IMG/VR virus record: IMGVR_UViG_3300009147_000001
Span: 1-64,000 of that record
DNA from: a virus
DNA length: 64,000 nucleotides
Strand: one strand, 5' to 3'
The position numbers and the translations under genes were made by a program. The notes beneath the pieces are model-generated. The model was not told where the DNA came from. It ran no database searches and saw only the letters and a list, made by a program, of their open reading frames with translations. This document shows, in pieces, positions 45,273 to 55,455 of this stretch (within the stretch, counting starts at the first letter, position 1; the number at the start of each line of letters is the position of its first letter).

Positions 45273-47472
45273 TCAACCTACTACCAACCGTGGCATCAGT
45301 CGTGCCTGGTGCAATCCACCGAACAATCCGCGTACCGACCGTAATCGTGACATCTATGGTTACGGTCGGTCCTATATGTGGTGACCCAAATACTTCAAGA
45401 CTCGGTATACCGTACATGACAACAGTGCCAGCCGGCGGGCCGACGAGTAGATTAACAAGGCCCACAGCCGCAGCGGACGCGATGCCATGTGCGGATATAG
45501 TGACTTGACCGGCTGTGATGGTAACTGCGCCGAAACGCTCAGCACTAGGAATTGATCCGGGTGAAACTGATACGACCGTCCCGACATTGACAGCGCCGAA
45601 TCTCTCTCCAGGGGGGACTGAGCCGGTGGAGAGGAACAGCGACGTGGTGATGGCGCCAACGCCCTGCCCTGAGGGCACTCCACCAGCCGTAATCGTCGCC
45701 GAGCTGGTGAGGGTAGGCCCACCAATAAATTCTGCACTAGGTATGCCATTGGGACTAATTACACTGATCGTTGCGGCGTTGGTATTACCTAGTAGCTCGC
45801 TACTAGGTATACCGCTGGCAGCGATCGTTGCCGTAGCAGATACCGTAGCGGCGCCGAGTTTCTCCTGGCTGGGAATACCAAACAGTGCAACAGTAGTGGC
45901 TGTCTGAACGTTAGCGTTACCACTTGTTTCACTTGATGGGATGCCACCGGCATTAATTGTGGCAGTGGTGGTTACACTGAGTGCACCCAACTTTTCTTGA
46001 CTTGGAATGCTATTTGCGTTTATAGCAGTAATAACTGTGGTAGTGACCCCACCGAACTGCTCACCGGTGGAAACACCCAGCGCTTGTATGGTGTAACTGT
46101 TAGTGAGTTGATTATCACCAACTCGCTCGCCACTTGGAATACCACTGGCTGAAATGCTAGTGGTCGCCGAAATAGTAGATGAGCCGAATTTTTCTTGGGT
46201 TTGAATACCAGCAGCGGTAATTGTGCTAGCCGTAGCTATATTTGGACTACCTGTAGTTTCACTACTAGGAATTCCACCAACGGTTATAGTATATGTCGTG
46301 GTTAAACTAGAAGCGCCAAACTTTTCTTGTCCAGGAATTCCACCAGGGTTAATCGCGGTAACGACCGTGATGCTTGGGCTACCAACAGTTTCACCAGAGA
46401 CAATACCATGTGCGGTGAGATTGAGCGTAGTGGAAGTGGATCCGACCGTCTCCTGGCTTGGTATGCTACCAGCACTAATTGTGTATGTAGCGGAGACAGT
46501 AGACGAACCTAGCTTTTCACTTGATGCAATGCCGCTAGCTACAATGTTTTGAGCCAGTACTGCCGCACCAAGTTCTTCACCACTCGGTATTCCGCCAGTG
46601 GTTACGGTGTACGTTGTAGTAACTGCACTAGCACCAGCGGTCTCACTGCTTGGAATACCATTAACAGTAACGGTCTGATCGCCCGCACCAGTGGCAGATT
46701 TTATCTCTACCGCAACCGCAGCCCAGTTGAATAGTGCTCCACCACCAGCACGCAAATCTACCCAATCGACGCTTGTGGACGCCGATCCGGTTCGTATTTC
46801 AGACTCTAATCCACCCCAAGTAGTATTAGTGGTGTCACACAGTTCGGTCCAGCCAGAACCGGGAGTCGATGAAGCGGTATCCTTATCTATACCAACAACA
46901 GCAAACACTTCTGATGACGTAGCTGGCGCCGCGCTAAGTGTCAGTGAGGCGGGATTCGGTGGACCACCGCTGATGGTGGTCTCCGAGGCTGCCCCGGTCG
47001 CACCAATGGGCGTTCCGGTATCATATCCGGTATAGGCAACGACCGACACTGAATATTCACCGATACTGCGGGTGCCACAGTCCAACGTCAGCGTCATAGA
47101 TGCACCAGTAGTTACTGGAGCAGTATAAATACGAGTGCCAGTAAAGAAACTGCCACCCTCATCGATGGATGAATCTATTCGACCAGTATAAGTCCAGCCG
47201 CCACCTGATATAGTTAAGTCAGTCAGTGGCGTATTCGCGCCACCATTTTCGATGAGACTGACACCAACGACGAGAAGGCTACTACTTGGTGGGGTAAAAC
47301 TTGATGTAGTAAATGCACCAGTACCAAAGGTACCCGACGCACCACTAATGGCACATAGTAAGTCCGTACGGGTAAGATTGCCCGCCACCGACGCGGGTGC
47401 GCGTAATATCCGCGAACCCAGTCGACCTCGGGGTAGGCGAGGTCGAGTTGGCGCTCGGCGTACTGCTGGCAC
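45253..47472 (-). CDS. Virion fibre-like protein with about 20 GIPSxExxG repeats
   Basis: S/T/G-rich beta domain then 20-22-aa repeats; end of tail module. Confidence 0.75.
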   Translation of the reverse strand: MPAVRRAPTRPRLPRGRLGSRILRAPASVAGNLTRTDLLCAISGASGTFGTGAFTTSSFTPPSSSLLVVGVSLIENGGANTPLTDLTISGGGWTYTGRIDSSIDEGGSFFTGTRIYTAPVTTGASMTLTLDCGTRSIGEYSVSVVAYTGYDTGTPIGATGAASETTISGGPPNPASLTLSAAPATSSEVFAVVGIDKDTASSTPGSGWTELCDTTNTTWGGLESEIRTGSASTSVDWVDLRAGGGALFNWAAVAVEIKSATGAGDQTVTVNGIPSSETAGASAVTTTYTVTTGGIPSGEELGAAVLAQNIVASGIASSEKLGSSTVSATYTISAGSIPSQETVGSTSTTLNLTAHGIVSGETVGSPSITVVTAINPGGIPGQEKFGASSLTTTYTITVGGIPSSETTGSPNIATASTITAAGIQTQEKFGSSTISATTSISASGIPSGERVGDNQLTNSYTIQALGVSTGEQFGGVTTTVITAINANSIPSQEKLGALSVTTTATINAGGIPSSETSGNANVQTATTVALFGIPSQEKLGAATVSATATIAASGIPSSELLGNTNAATISVISPNGIPSAEFIGGPTLTSSATITAGGVPSGQGVGAITTSLFLSTGSVPPGERFGAVNVGTVVSVSPGSIPSAERFGAVTITAGQVTISAHGIASAAAVGLVNLLVGPPAGTVVMYGIPSLEVFGSPHIGPTVTIDVTITVGTRIVRWIAPGTTDATVGSRLIKVVVD

Positions 47473-47505
47473 GACTCACCTACCCTCATCGTTTGATTTT
47501 AAATA

Positions 47506-47961
47506 TTAGGCGTCCCAGCTCCAGTACACATCACAAATTTGGCCCGTTCCGGTGAGTGCAATCAGCCCCACGCCGTTGGCGGTGCCGGACGGGATAAACA
47601 GACCACGACCGCCAAAAGTCCAGATGATGCCGGAACCAATCGAGGCGCCAATGGATGCCCGACGAATTTCTGTACCCAAAGTGGGAGCCGTACTGCTGTG
47701 AGAGTTGCGCGCGGTGCCTTTGGACGTGAAGTTAACGTCAGACTCCTCGTAGGTACCGGTTACCGCTGATGATGTGCCAGCGGTGGAAAATCGAGCTAAC
47801 GAGAGTTCGAATGCGGTAACGGTAGTGTTGGTGGCACCGACCTCGACCAGCCACAATCCACCCGTTGCTTCAGAGTAGAGACTAGCCATGGGCAGGGTCG
47901 TCGATCCTGCGTTGGTGGTGCGATATGCAGCAGCCTGACGTGCCATTGGCTTAACCTCCAA
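47506..47961 (-). CDS. Virion-associated protein
   Basis: T/G/A-rich beta protein in the tail operon. Confidence 0.6.
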   Translation of the reverse strand: MEVKPMARQAAAYRTTNAGSTTLPMASLYSEATGGLWLVEVGATNTTVTAFELSLARFSTAGTSSAVTGTYEESDVNFTSKGTARNSHSSTAPTLGTEIRRASIGASIGSGIIWTFGGRGLFIPSGTANGVGLIALTGTGQICDVYWSWDA

Positions 47962-48721
47962 TAATTGCAGATTGACCTAACGACCCATACGGACCATATG
48001 GTGAGGTAATTTCACTGGGACGTGCACTCCGAATAAGTACGTGCTTGGGTTCCGGATCGGCTGGTACTCCTCGCAAGGCAATACACATGAGTGCCTTGAA
48101 GTTGGCCGTCAGAGCGAGAGTGGCCGTCATGGCTCCGGTCGCACCAGCCGTGGCCTTCTCACCTGTGGCCATGGCAAAACCGCCACCAAGGCCAGAGGTG
48201 GTCCAATCATCCATTCGTTCGGTCACATTGACCAATGATGCATTAGCCCATCCAGTGGCTCCTGCGGTCGATGCGATATCCTGACCGGTGGAAAATGCAT
48301 ACAAAAGGAGACGATCAGCATCAGAAGTGGTAACTCCCGGAATTGACACTGATGTGTCGGAAACCAACTCTGTCGACGTGGCGAAAGTATCCCACGGATT
48401 GCCGTTGGTGGCACATCCGTTCACCACGATCATCCTGGCTACTATGTGATTACCAGCGTCGGCAATGGATGGTGCAGTATCACCAGCTTGCACCCGACGC
48501 CAAATCGCCCACAGCCGAGTCACCGTACCCGACGATACGGTGACATTGGTGATGGCAGCCCATCCAGTCGGTGCAACAACGGTGTCGGTAGCTTCTGTTT
48601 CAATAAGTGTGATGGCAATGTCATCATTCGTGGCAGTGTAGCCATTCGGAAACGCCGGTGTCACTGCCGCGACCCCATTGGCGTTGGCCGCCGATACCCC
48701 AACGACGGTTGGCATTGCCAT
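47951..48721 (-). CDS. Virion-associated beta-sandwich protein
   Basis: APTGW motif, A/T/G-rich; tail operon. Confidence 0.65.
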   Translation of the reverse strand: MAMPTVVGVSAANANGVAAVTPAFPNGYTATNDDIAITLIETEATDTVVAPTGWAAITNVTVSSGTVTRLWAIWRRVQAGDTAPSIADAGNHIVARMIVVNGCATNGNPWDTFATSTELVSDTSVSIPGVTTSDADRLLLYAFSTGQDIASTAGATGWANASLVNVTERMDDWTTSGLGGGFAMATGEKATAGATGAMTATLALTANFKALMCIALRGVPADPEPKHVLIRSARPSEITSPYGPYGSLGQSAIIGG

Positions 48722-48732
48722 CGCACATTCCC

Positions 48733-50937
48733 CTATACCGTTGGATCCGGAGTCATGCCGACTGCGGTCACCTCAGCGATACTACTGGCATCAATGACCT
48801 TCTCGTATGTGGTGTTCGGACCGACGTACTGCGACCAGTCGACACCACTAACGGTACCGTACATGGTCATACCTCTCGTTCCACTTGGTGTTGTACCCAG
48901 ATACGATGCTACTGACGATGACAATGGGTCTTGACGAGCATAGACCTTAAAGGCACTATCCTCACCATCAAGAATACCAACGACATCTGCTGGACTATAA
49001 GCAACTTCAACCAATACAGCATGCACACCGATGTCAGGCGAAGCGTCAGTGGAGAAGCCAACCAAACACTCAAGTGCATCCAGTCTCGCTTTAGTAACTT
49101 GCCAGTAGCGGACGGGCGTACCACGTGATGGACGAACCACACCACATATCCAAATGAGATTAGTATCGTCTTGACCATGATCAGCAGCAGTCACCAGAAA
49201 AATCGTCTGTCCTGATGCAATCACCTGTATGCCAAGAGTGGCGGTGGTGGCAGATGCTGCCCATGGTGCAAATGACCATTTGACTGCCCTCGGCACCTTG
49301 TCGGTGAGCGTCAACGTTTCCATGGGAATCTTCACACTTTCACCACTGGCAGTGGTTACCTGCATAACACCATTCGATGAGGCCCCAATAGTTGGTGGTA
49401 TATCACGCAGATTGTTTTGACAGGTGGTACCATTGAATGCAGTACCCGTGCCATTACTAGAAAATGTCTGGAAATTGGATGTGGTGCCCTGCACGGACGC
49501 TGGGTCTGTGGCATCAGGTAGTAGTGGAACAATCTTATCTTTGCCAATAGGATAGTTGCCCCGTAGTTTGGAGACGATGGGATCATCATAATACACAGTG
49601 GCGGTTTGACTACTCTTCCAGCCAATGACCAATGCCGTAACCCGGGCGGAGGTCATGCTCGACGTGGTAGCTGTCGTTTGAGCTACCATTGATGTCACAG
49701 CAAGACTGTCATAGTCCATTGACCACTCGAACGTATGCGTCGTACTGGTGGACCAGTACCGACCAGTAACACCAATCCACTTGTTCGCCGCAACGGTGGC
49801 ATCGGATACCTGCTCCGTTCCAGAACCGATCTTTACCCCAATTTTTTGCGACGCATTAATGTACCGGACCACAACCCCATTCGCTGCCGAGCCTACCTCC
49901 ACCGACCATAATACTGTATCGGCAGATGGAAGTGACGTATCAAAGTAGAAGTTGACTCGTGGAATGAAAAAGTAGTCACTGCCAACTGACACGTTCGGCT
50001 GGAAATAACTCAGGACACCAGGGTCGGTCCACGCCACCCATTCAGCAGCCGCCGTCGACGATAGCTTTAAAGCGTAATTGCCAGAGCGCTTGATAGTGGA
50101 TACGATTTCCGGAGAGCCGGCTGAGGAATCGAACTGTTTTACCCCAGCATCGGCGGCAATACTCCCGCTGGTCAATCCAGTTGCCGTGCCGAATTCAAAG
50201 CCGGTAAACGCATCGTATAAAGGTGCCCACTTGCTATCCTGAGTATAGTGAATAATCAAGTCACCAATAAATGGACAAGACGGAGACACATCGGCCGTGA
50301 TACTAAAGCGACCAACGTCCCAGAACGCATTGACCGCCACTGCGAGAGTCAGCGAGAATCCACTTCCAGTGACCGGGACCTGAGCTATCTCTTGGAGGCT
50401 CGATGTATATCCAGAAATGACTGGCTGAGTAGTAGACGCGTTATAAGCGCCGAAATAGGCCAACGCCATCGAGCTGTACGCCAAGGTGGTATCGTTAGAA
50501 TTCTCGGGTACACTCGTCGTGGTCGTCGATGACACCGAACCAGGCGCCGAAGCACCAGAGGCTGCCGTAATGTACTGTGGTGTACTTGCCTGGGCAACCT
50601 CCAACCCTTCGACTTCCAGCGCTGCCCAACATCCAACAGAAGCCACACTGGTCACGATGGGAAACGTGTACGTAGTCTCCCCACCGGCCACGTTCTCCTT
50701 AAACCACGACATAAGGCTGCTGTTTGTATCAAGACTAACGTTACGAGTATCGTATTGATTAAACGTTCCCGCCCCACCGGTTGGTGCCCAGAATCGCGCA
50801 TCCCCGGATCCACTAGATGCCCGAGACAGACCAAGTATGACGACAGTCGTCCCAGCAGTGGTAGCAGTATCAAATGTTACGGTAGCGCTCGTCGCACCAT
50901 TAATCGTGCCCGTTTTGACCTGGAGAATGTTAAACAT
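48733..50937 (-). CDS. Large minor tail / receptor-binding candidate
   Basis: 734-aa S/T-rich multi-domain beta protein. Confidence 0.65.
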   Translation of the reverse strand: MFNILQVKTGTINGATSATVTFDTATTAGTTVVILGLSRASSGSGDARFWAPTGGAGTFNQYDTRNVSLDTNSSLMSWFKENVAGGETTYTFPIVTSVASVGCWAALEVEGLEVAQASTPQYITAASGASAPGSVSSTTTTSVPENSNDTTLAYSSMALAYFGAYNASTTQPVISGYTSSLQEIAQVPVTGSGFSLTLAVAVNAFWDVGRFSITADVSPSCPFIGDLIIHYTQDSKWAPLYDAFTGFEFGTATGLTSGSIAADAGVKQFDSSAGSPEIVSTIKRSGNYALKLSSTAAAEWVAWTDPGVLSYFQPNVSVGSDYFFIPRVNFYFDTSLPSADTVLWSVEVGSAANGVVVRYINASQKIGVKIGSGTEQVSDATVAANKWIGVTGRYWSTSTTHTFEWSMDYDSLAVTSMVAQTTATTSSMTSARVTALVIGWKSSQTATVYYDDPIVSKLRGNYPIGKDKIVPLLPDATDPASVQGTTSNFQTFSSNGTGTAFNGTTCQNNLRDIPPTIGASSNGVMQVTTASGESVKIPMETLTLTDKVPRAVKWSFAPWAASATTATLGIQVIASGQTIFLVTAADHGQDDTNLIWICGVVRPSRGTPVRYWQVTKARLDALECLVGFSTDASPDIGVHAVLVEVAYSPADVVGILDGEDSAFKVYARQDPLSSSVASYLGTTPSGTRGMTMYGTVSGVDWSQYVGPNTTYEKVIDASSIAEVTAVGMTPDPTV

Positions 50938-50955
50938 TTCTTTTAGCCTCCATCC

Positions 50956-51003
50956 TCAGAGCTTAAAGATGCGATTTACACCATTATCCCAGGTCACCAT
51001 GAT
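50956..51003 (-). pseudogene. Orphan duplicate of the 3' end of gene 51464-52327
   Basis: Encodes IMVTWDNGVNRIFKL* versus IVVTFDNGPNKIFKL* at 51464-51511. Confidence 0.85.
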
Positions 51004-51467
51004 ACGTCGGCTGCCGTTTTGCCAACTCGATATGCTCTGGCCCGTGCATTTATACATTCCTTGCATCGCCTCCTTTCCTCCCTGATTACTAGATTGTTTC
51101 CAACTAATAGGTGACCGTGCTGACATGTTGGTGAGGTTCCGCGCTTCGGTGCCAATGCCTTCCATTTATCCAACACTTCTTCGGCCTTTAGTTTTCTGCG
51201 CTCACATAGATGTGGCAATATTAGTTCTATAAATTTTCCCGCATCTTCTCTGGCATAGATGGCCCAACGCCATACCCGCTTACCAGTAATAGTGCGCTCA
51301 TTTGCCTCAGATACAACACCAACACCGGACCATTCTAGCATTCTATATATGACATCCATGTCAGTAGATGCAACCTGAATTTTTGGTCTTCCTCCTTTGT
51401 CACTACCAATCCAGCCTTCACCCTCAATTATTCCAATAATCCAACCAAGTTTCAACTCTTCAATCAT
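50994..51467 (-). mobile_element. Free-standing LAGLIDADG homing endonuclease with C-terminal Zn finger
   Basis: LGWIIGIIEGEG, IQVASTD, TCQHGH...RRCKEC; flanked by the duplicated host-gene 3' end. Confidence 0.85.
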
Positions 51468-52327
51468 AGCTTGAATATCTTATTTGGACCGTTATCAAAC
51501 GTCACCACGATGTTTCCGCCATTCGGTGTTACCGGCAATCCAGACCCCGTAGCCGGTGCCAGTGCTCGGGAGTTGGCCGTAATAATTGCGGCAGTCGACG
51601 TGACTGCAATGGACCGATCTCCAGCATTAGCCAGCGCAGATAACGTCGCGGAGGCACCATTGCTAAAGGCGAGTACCGTGCTATTGGGAATGGCGTAGGT
51701 TAGCGGGTCGACCACAATCGACGTCGATGAGGCAGCCGCCTGCACTGCGCACGTAACAATATGCTTACCGGTAATAAGAGCGATCATCTGGGACGTCGAT
51801 GCGGTGCCGGTGTCCTCGAAGATAGCCACCGCTTCTACTGAGTTACCGGTCACCGAGGTAAACGTCACGTCGTTGGCATCGGCGACCCCAGCCGTCACCG
51901 TCTTACCGGCGAGGTTGACCGGGGTGCCCACCACCGCACCATTAAAATCGTCCCAGTTATCTCCGGCCGCCGATGGTCCGTAGTTAACGGCATACCCGGT
52001 AGCACCGCCCACTCCATTGCCAACTGCATTAGCCGCCGTAATCGGATTGGTCAACTCAAAGGTGTTAGCTGCCTGGTTAGCGATTTTCCAAAAACCATTA
52101 GCTGCTGTATTGGTGGCGTGACCATCAATAAACACCAAGTCGCCGTTGGCAAACCCATGCGACGTAGACGTTACTACAATGGGCGTGGCGTTAGTGGATG
52201 AGGTAATCGCTTTAATCCCAACATCTGTGGTGCCAAGGTCTAATAGGGCCGCACTGATTGTGGCAGTATCCCAGTCAATCGAGTTCTCCAGGAAGCCCTG
52301 CCGGCCCAGCTCAAACAACCCGTTCAC
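51464..52327 (-). CDS. Virion structural protein
   Basis: GVADANDVTF...LPVTPNGGNI core with inserted ITSSTNATPIVVTSTSHG domain. Confidence 0.7.
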   Translation of the reverse strand: MNGLFELGRQGFLENSIDWDTATISAALLDLGTTDVGIKAITSSTNATPIVVTSTSHGFANGDLVFIDGHATNTAANGFWKIANQAANTFELTNPITAANAVGNGVGGATGYAVNYGPSAAGDNWDDFNGAVVGTPVNLAGKTVTAGVADANDVTFTSVTGNSVEAVAIFEDTGTASTSQMIALITGKHIVTCAVQAAASSTSIVVDPLTYAIPNSTVLAFSNGASATLSALANAGDRSIAVTSTAAIITANSRALAPATGSGLPVTPNGGNIVVTFDNGPNKIFKL

Positions 52328-52680
52328 GGTCGGGTAACCTCCAAACTTAATGTGGCAAAGCCTTCGGCAAGTCTAACTACCTCGGCAGGGTTTGACGTGA
52401 AAACCTCTAGATCGTATACCCCCGTCTTCCACGTATACGCAGCGGTGATATCCGCGCCAACAGTCACCGTTACTATCCCGCCCGGAGCATTGATAGAAAC
52501 TCTGCCATTGCTGGTGGAAGCATCCACTAAGATATTCGTGTCGTCTATATTGCTCCGCACCTGCATGCGGCCAGAGTATCCAGTTAAGTCAAATACCGTC
52601 TTATCTTGATGTAATGCTTGTACAGCAAATACAAACTTAGCACCTTGTTCAATGACGATGTCTCGGTGTACTGCGGGCAT
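52324..52680 (-). CDS. Small tail/baseplate-associated protein
   Basis: DIVIEQGA...DLTGYSGRMQVR...GVYDLE pattern. Confidence 0.7.
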   Translation of the reverse strand: MPAVHRDIVIEQGAKFVFAVQALHQDKTVFDLTGYSGRMQVRSNIDDTNILVDASTSNGRVSINAPGGIVTVTVGADITAAYTWKTGVYDLEVFTSNPAEVVRLAEGFATLSLEVTRP

Positions 52681-52734
52681 ATGATATCACCTCCTCGCCA
52701 CAATAATGAGTATACGAATGCGATCCTACTTATT

Positions 52735-53532
52735 CTACAAAAGATCCAATCCGGTCATTCCAACGACCATAGCTCGGGCTGATCCAGCCCCACTTGCACG
52801 CCGATGCTGAATGGCTAACCACACGGACTTACCATTTTGTCCATCCCCATCGGTACACAACATACGATCAACAAAAATATCGTTGAATTGCTGGGTATTT
52901 GCCGGGGTTGTTATAGGATTGACAATAACATTGTTGTTGTTTAATAAATCTAATACTCGTAACTCACCAGTCGTGGTAGCGTCGTTATTGGACAACACGG
53001 TAACCCTTAAGGCTGGGTGATACATATACCAGTATGTTTGCGCTAAGTCAGTAAAACTAGAACTCGTAGTTGTTATTATTTCTGCAACATTCCACCAGGT
53101 GTAAGAGAGTTTGGGGTCACCGAAGCCATGCCGCTGATTAAAACAATCTGAAATGAGCGTATTTCCCGCTTTGTCATAGATGGCAAATGATGGGAAGGTA
53201 CCAGTTTGCAATCCACCTACCCCATCGTCAATACCTCGAACAGTAATGGTATATGGATTGAATGACCCAACACCAACCGTTGGATCCTTCTTTATATATA
53301 GTCCAACTCCTTGACCAAATACCGTATTAACGTTACCATCTAGGAGTATCTCACCACCATCGACGGTGGCATCTGGACCATTACGAATAACAATACTACC
53401 GCCTTCCACGACAAATCCATCGCTGTCAATCGAGGTCGACGGTAACTGCGGAGTACGCTCTAATCGAGATAATCTATTTTCCAAATCCCTAATTACAGTT
53501 AATAAATCATCGTCTTGTCTATACTTAGACAT
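52735..53532 (-). CDS. Minor tail protein
   Basis: N-terminal coiled coil IRDLENRLSRLER; position. Confidence 0.7.
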   Translation of the reverse strand: MSKYRQDDDLLTVIRDLENRLSRLERTPQLPSTSIDSDGFVVEGGSIVIRNGPDATVDGGEILLDGNVNTVFGQGVGLYIKKDPTVGVGSFNPYTITVRGIDDGVGGLQTGTFPSFAIYDKAGNTLISDCFNQRHGFGDPKLSYTWWNVAEIITTTSSSFTDLAQTYWYMYHPALRVTVLSNNDATTTGELRVLDLLNNNNVIVNPITTPANTQQFNDIFVDRMLCTDGDGQNGKSVWLAIQHRRASGAGSARAMVVGMTGLDLL

Positions 53533-54613
53533 TCTCGTCTCCTTCTAGTATAATCTCATATTCATCCGTATTGGATGATTCGCCTGGACGCAGAGTCCAT
53601 GCTACTATTCGCGCTGACTGTTGTAAAGTATGTGGAAAACGGGGATCGCGAATAATCAATTTACAATAATCACCGAGACCAAAACTACCAAATTCTGGTT
53701 GTGCATAAGCAATCAGCGACGGTTTAAGCGTTAACATGGGGGGCCGACGCTTCAGTCCTTCTTGAACACCAATGGTGTTCAATAGTGCTTGACTTGTTAT
53801 ATCTTTACGAGACACGTCAATATCCCAACGAGGCCACCCACTAGCTAACATGTCGTCATTAGCTTGCTCATACTCGATCATTGCGGCACCCTCACCAGCG
53901 CCTAACACAAAGGTATTGGTGGCTGCCCCAACCATACTTTCTGTGGCATAGTAATTGACGATACTACCAGGATATTCGAAGTTTATCGAAGTGTTACTCG
54001 TTGGTGCTCCCAGCGTGGGATAGCCAATAGCCAAATTTTTCATATAGTTTCCACCACTTTTGGTAACACCAATATACCAGTCGAATCCATCGGATGAGTC
54101 TGCTAAACTTGACATTACTTCGCCATAGTATTTTCTATCTTCTCGATTAATCACAACAGTTTTGGTAAATGCCACCGGGAAAACTGGCGGCACATTAATA
54201 TTGATGTTTCGTCCGTTCACACTCTGCATTGCCATCCAAAGGTCACGAAAGATGTTTCTTTGATCACCAGTTGTGTTAAGACTACTCAAAACTAATTGTC
54301 GATTAGGATAATTTTCAAAACTTTGTGCATATATTTGTACTACCTTCGCTTGACTTTGATACGTCCGCGACCACACATAACCAATCCAAATAGCAGTATT
54401 GTTGCGCTCAACCGCAACAAAGGTTCGACCAGGAACCGTAGCAGCAATAAGATCTTCGTTGCGTTTACCTGTCATGTCCAATTGAAAAGTACCATTAAAT
54501 TGCCCTCCAGTATTTAGTGCTAAGTCCATATAGACGCCATACATCGGAACCTCTTCAATAACTCGTTCGTCACGAAGAGACCCAAAAACGTAGCGATATT
54601 GCGATGACGCCAT
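53525..54613 (-). CDS. Minor tail (hub/Tal-like) protein
   Basis: WIGYVWSR, FEYPGSI, GAGEG, LGDYC; position. Confidence 0.75.
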   Translation of the reverse strand: MASSQYRYVFGSLRDERVIEEVPMYGVYMDLALNTGGQFNGTFQLDMTGKRNEDLIAATVPGRTFVAVERNNTAIWIGYVWSRTYQSQAKVVQIYAQSFENYPNRQLVLSSLNTTGDQRNIFRDLWMAMQSVNGRNININVPPVFPVAFTKTVVINREDRKYYGEVMSSLADSSDGFDWYIGVTKSGGNYMKNLAIGYPTLGAPTSNTSINFEYPGSIVNYYATESMVGAATNTFVLGAGEGAAMIEYEQANDDMLASGWPRWDIDVSRKDITSQALLNTIGVQEGLKRRPPMLTLKPSLIAYAQPEFGSFGLGDYCKLIIRDPRFPHTLQQSARIVAWTLRPGESSNTDEYEIILEGDENV

Positions 54614-55452
54614 TAATCTGCTATCTGATCAAGTTCTGCGTCCACTGCATCTTTTACTTGCTGAACACCTTCATCAGAAAGCTTCACTTCAGTAGCCACA
54701 CTAACACCACTAGTAAGCACATCTCGTAGTTCAGCTATCGACTTTTGCATATCTTTGACTGCTTGAGCTAGTAGGTTTGGCTCTTTACGATCAACTGATT
54801 CACCAGGAACCCGAAAGACAATTGGGTCTTCCATGTTCTCTAGTCCTTGCACCCGCTCAATGAGTGCTTTGCCATCTGGATCGTCCTTTAACGCCACGTC
54901 GTCCTCCTGAAATAGTTTAAGAACGTAATCGAAGGGGAAATTCGGACCAGGATCGGTATGAGTAGTCCCACCAAAACAGATCCGCAATTGATTGTGAGTA
55001 GTCATACCTGGAGTAAAAGACTTAACTTGAGCATCAGTCAACCAGCGAAGCGGAATATTGTAAGATTTCATATCTCGTAAACAAATTCGCTTCATCTGAT
55101 TGAACATATTGATGCCAAAGGTATCTAACCACTGGCTGCGAACTTGACCAGCAAATCCCGACAGTTCCCAGTTTATTCCACGATAGTTTCCTGGCCGGTT
55201 ACCCACTGTCCATGCTGAATCTTTAAGTCGAACGCATTGTACCACACTATTATCGTCCACACAATAGTGACTACTCACCCGCCGACCGTCCCCCGGATTA
55301 GCAAAGTAGGCAGCAGTTGCCTCCGCTCGACTGGAAGTCTCAGACGCTTCCATGTCGTGAAACACAATCCAAATAGGTGGACCGTCTGGTCGACCAGACG
55401 TATAGCCGGCGGCTTGAATAAACTGTACGTCAGGATGATCACCCATAGCCAT
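54613..55452 (-). CDS. Endolysin, N-acetylmuramoyl-L-alanine amidase
   Basis: IVFHDME, SSHYCVD, AWTVG, INWEL, H..HTDPGPNFP. Confidence 0.92.
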   Translation of the reverse strand: MAMGDHPDVQFIQAAGYTSGRPDGPPIWIVFHDMEASETSSRAEATAAYFANPGDGRRVSSHYCVDDNSVVQCVRLKDSAWTVGNRPGNYRGINWELSGFAGQVRSQWLDTFGINMFNQMKRICLRDMKSYNIPLRWLTDAQVKSFTPGMTTHNQLRICFGGTTHTDPGPNFPFDYVLKLFQEDDVALKDDPDGKALIERVQGLENMEDPIVFRVPGESVDRKEPNLLAQAVKDMQKSIAELRDVLTSGVSVATEVKLSDEGVQQVKDAVDAELDQIAD

Positions 55453-55455
55453 TTG

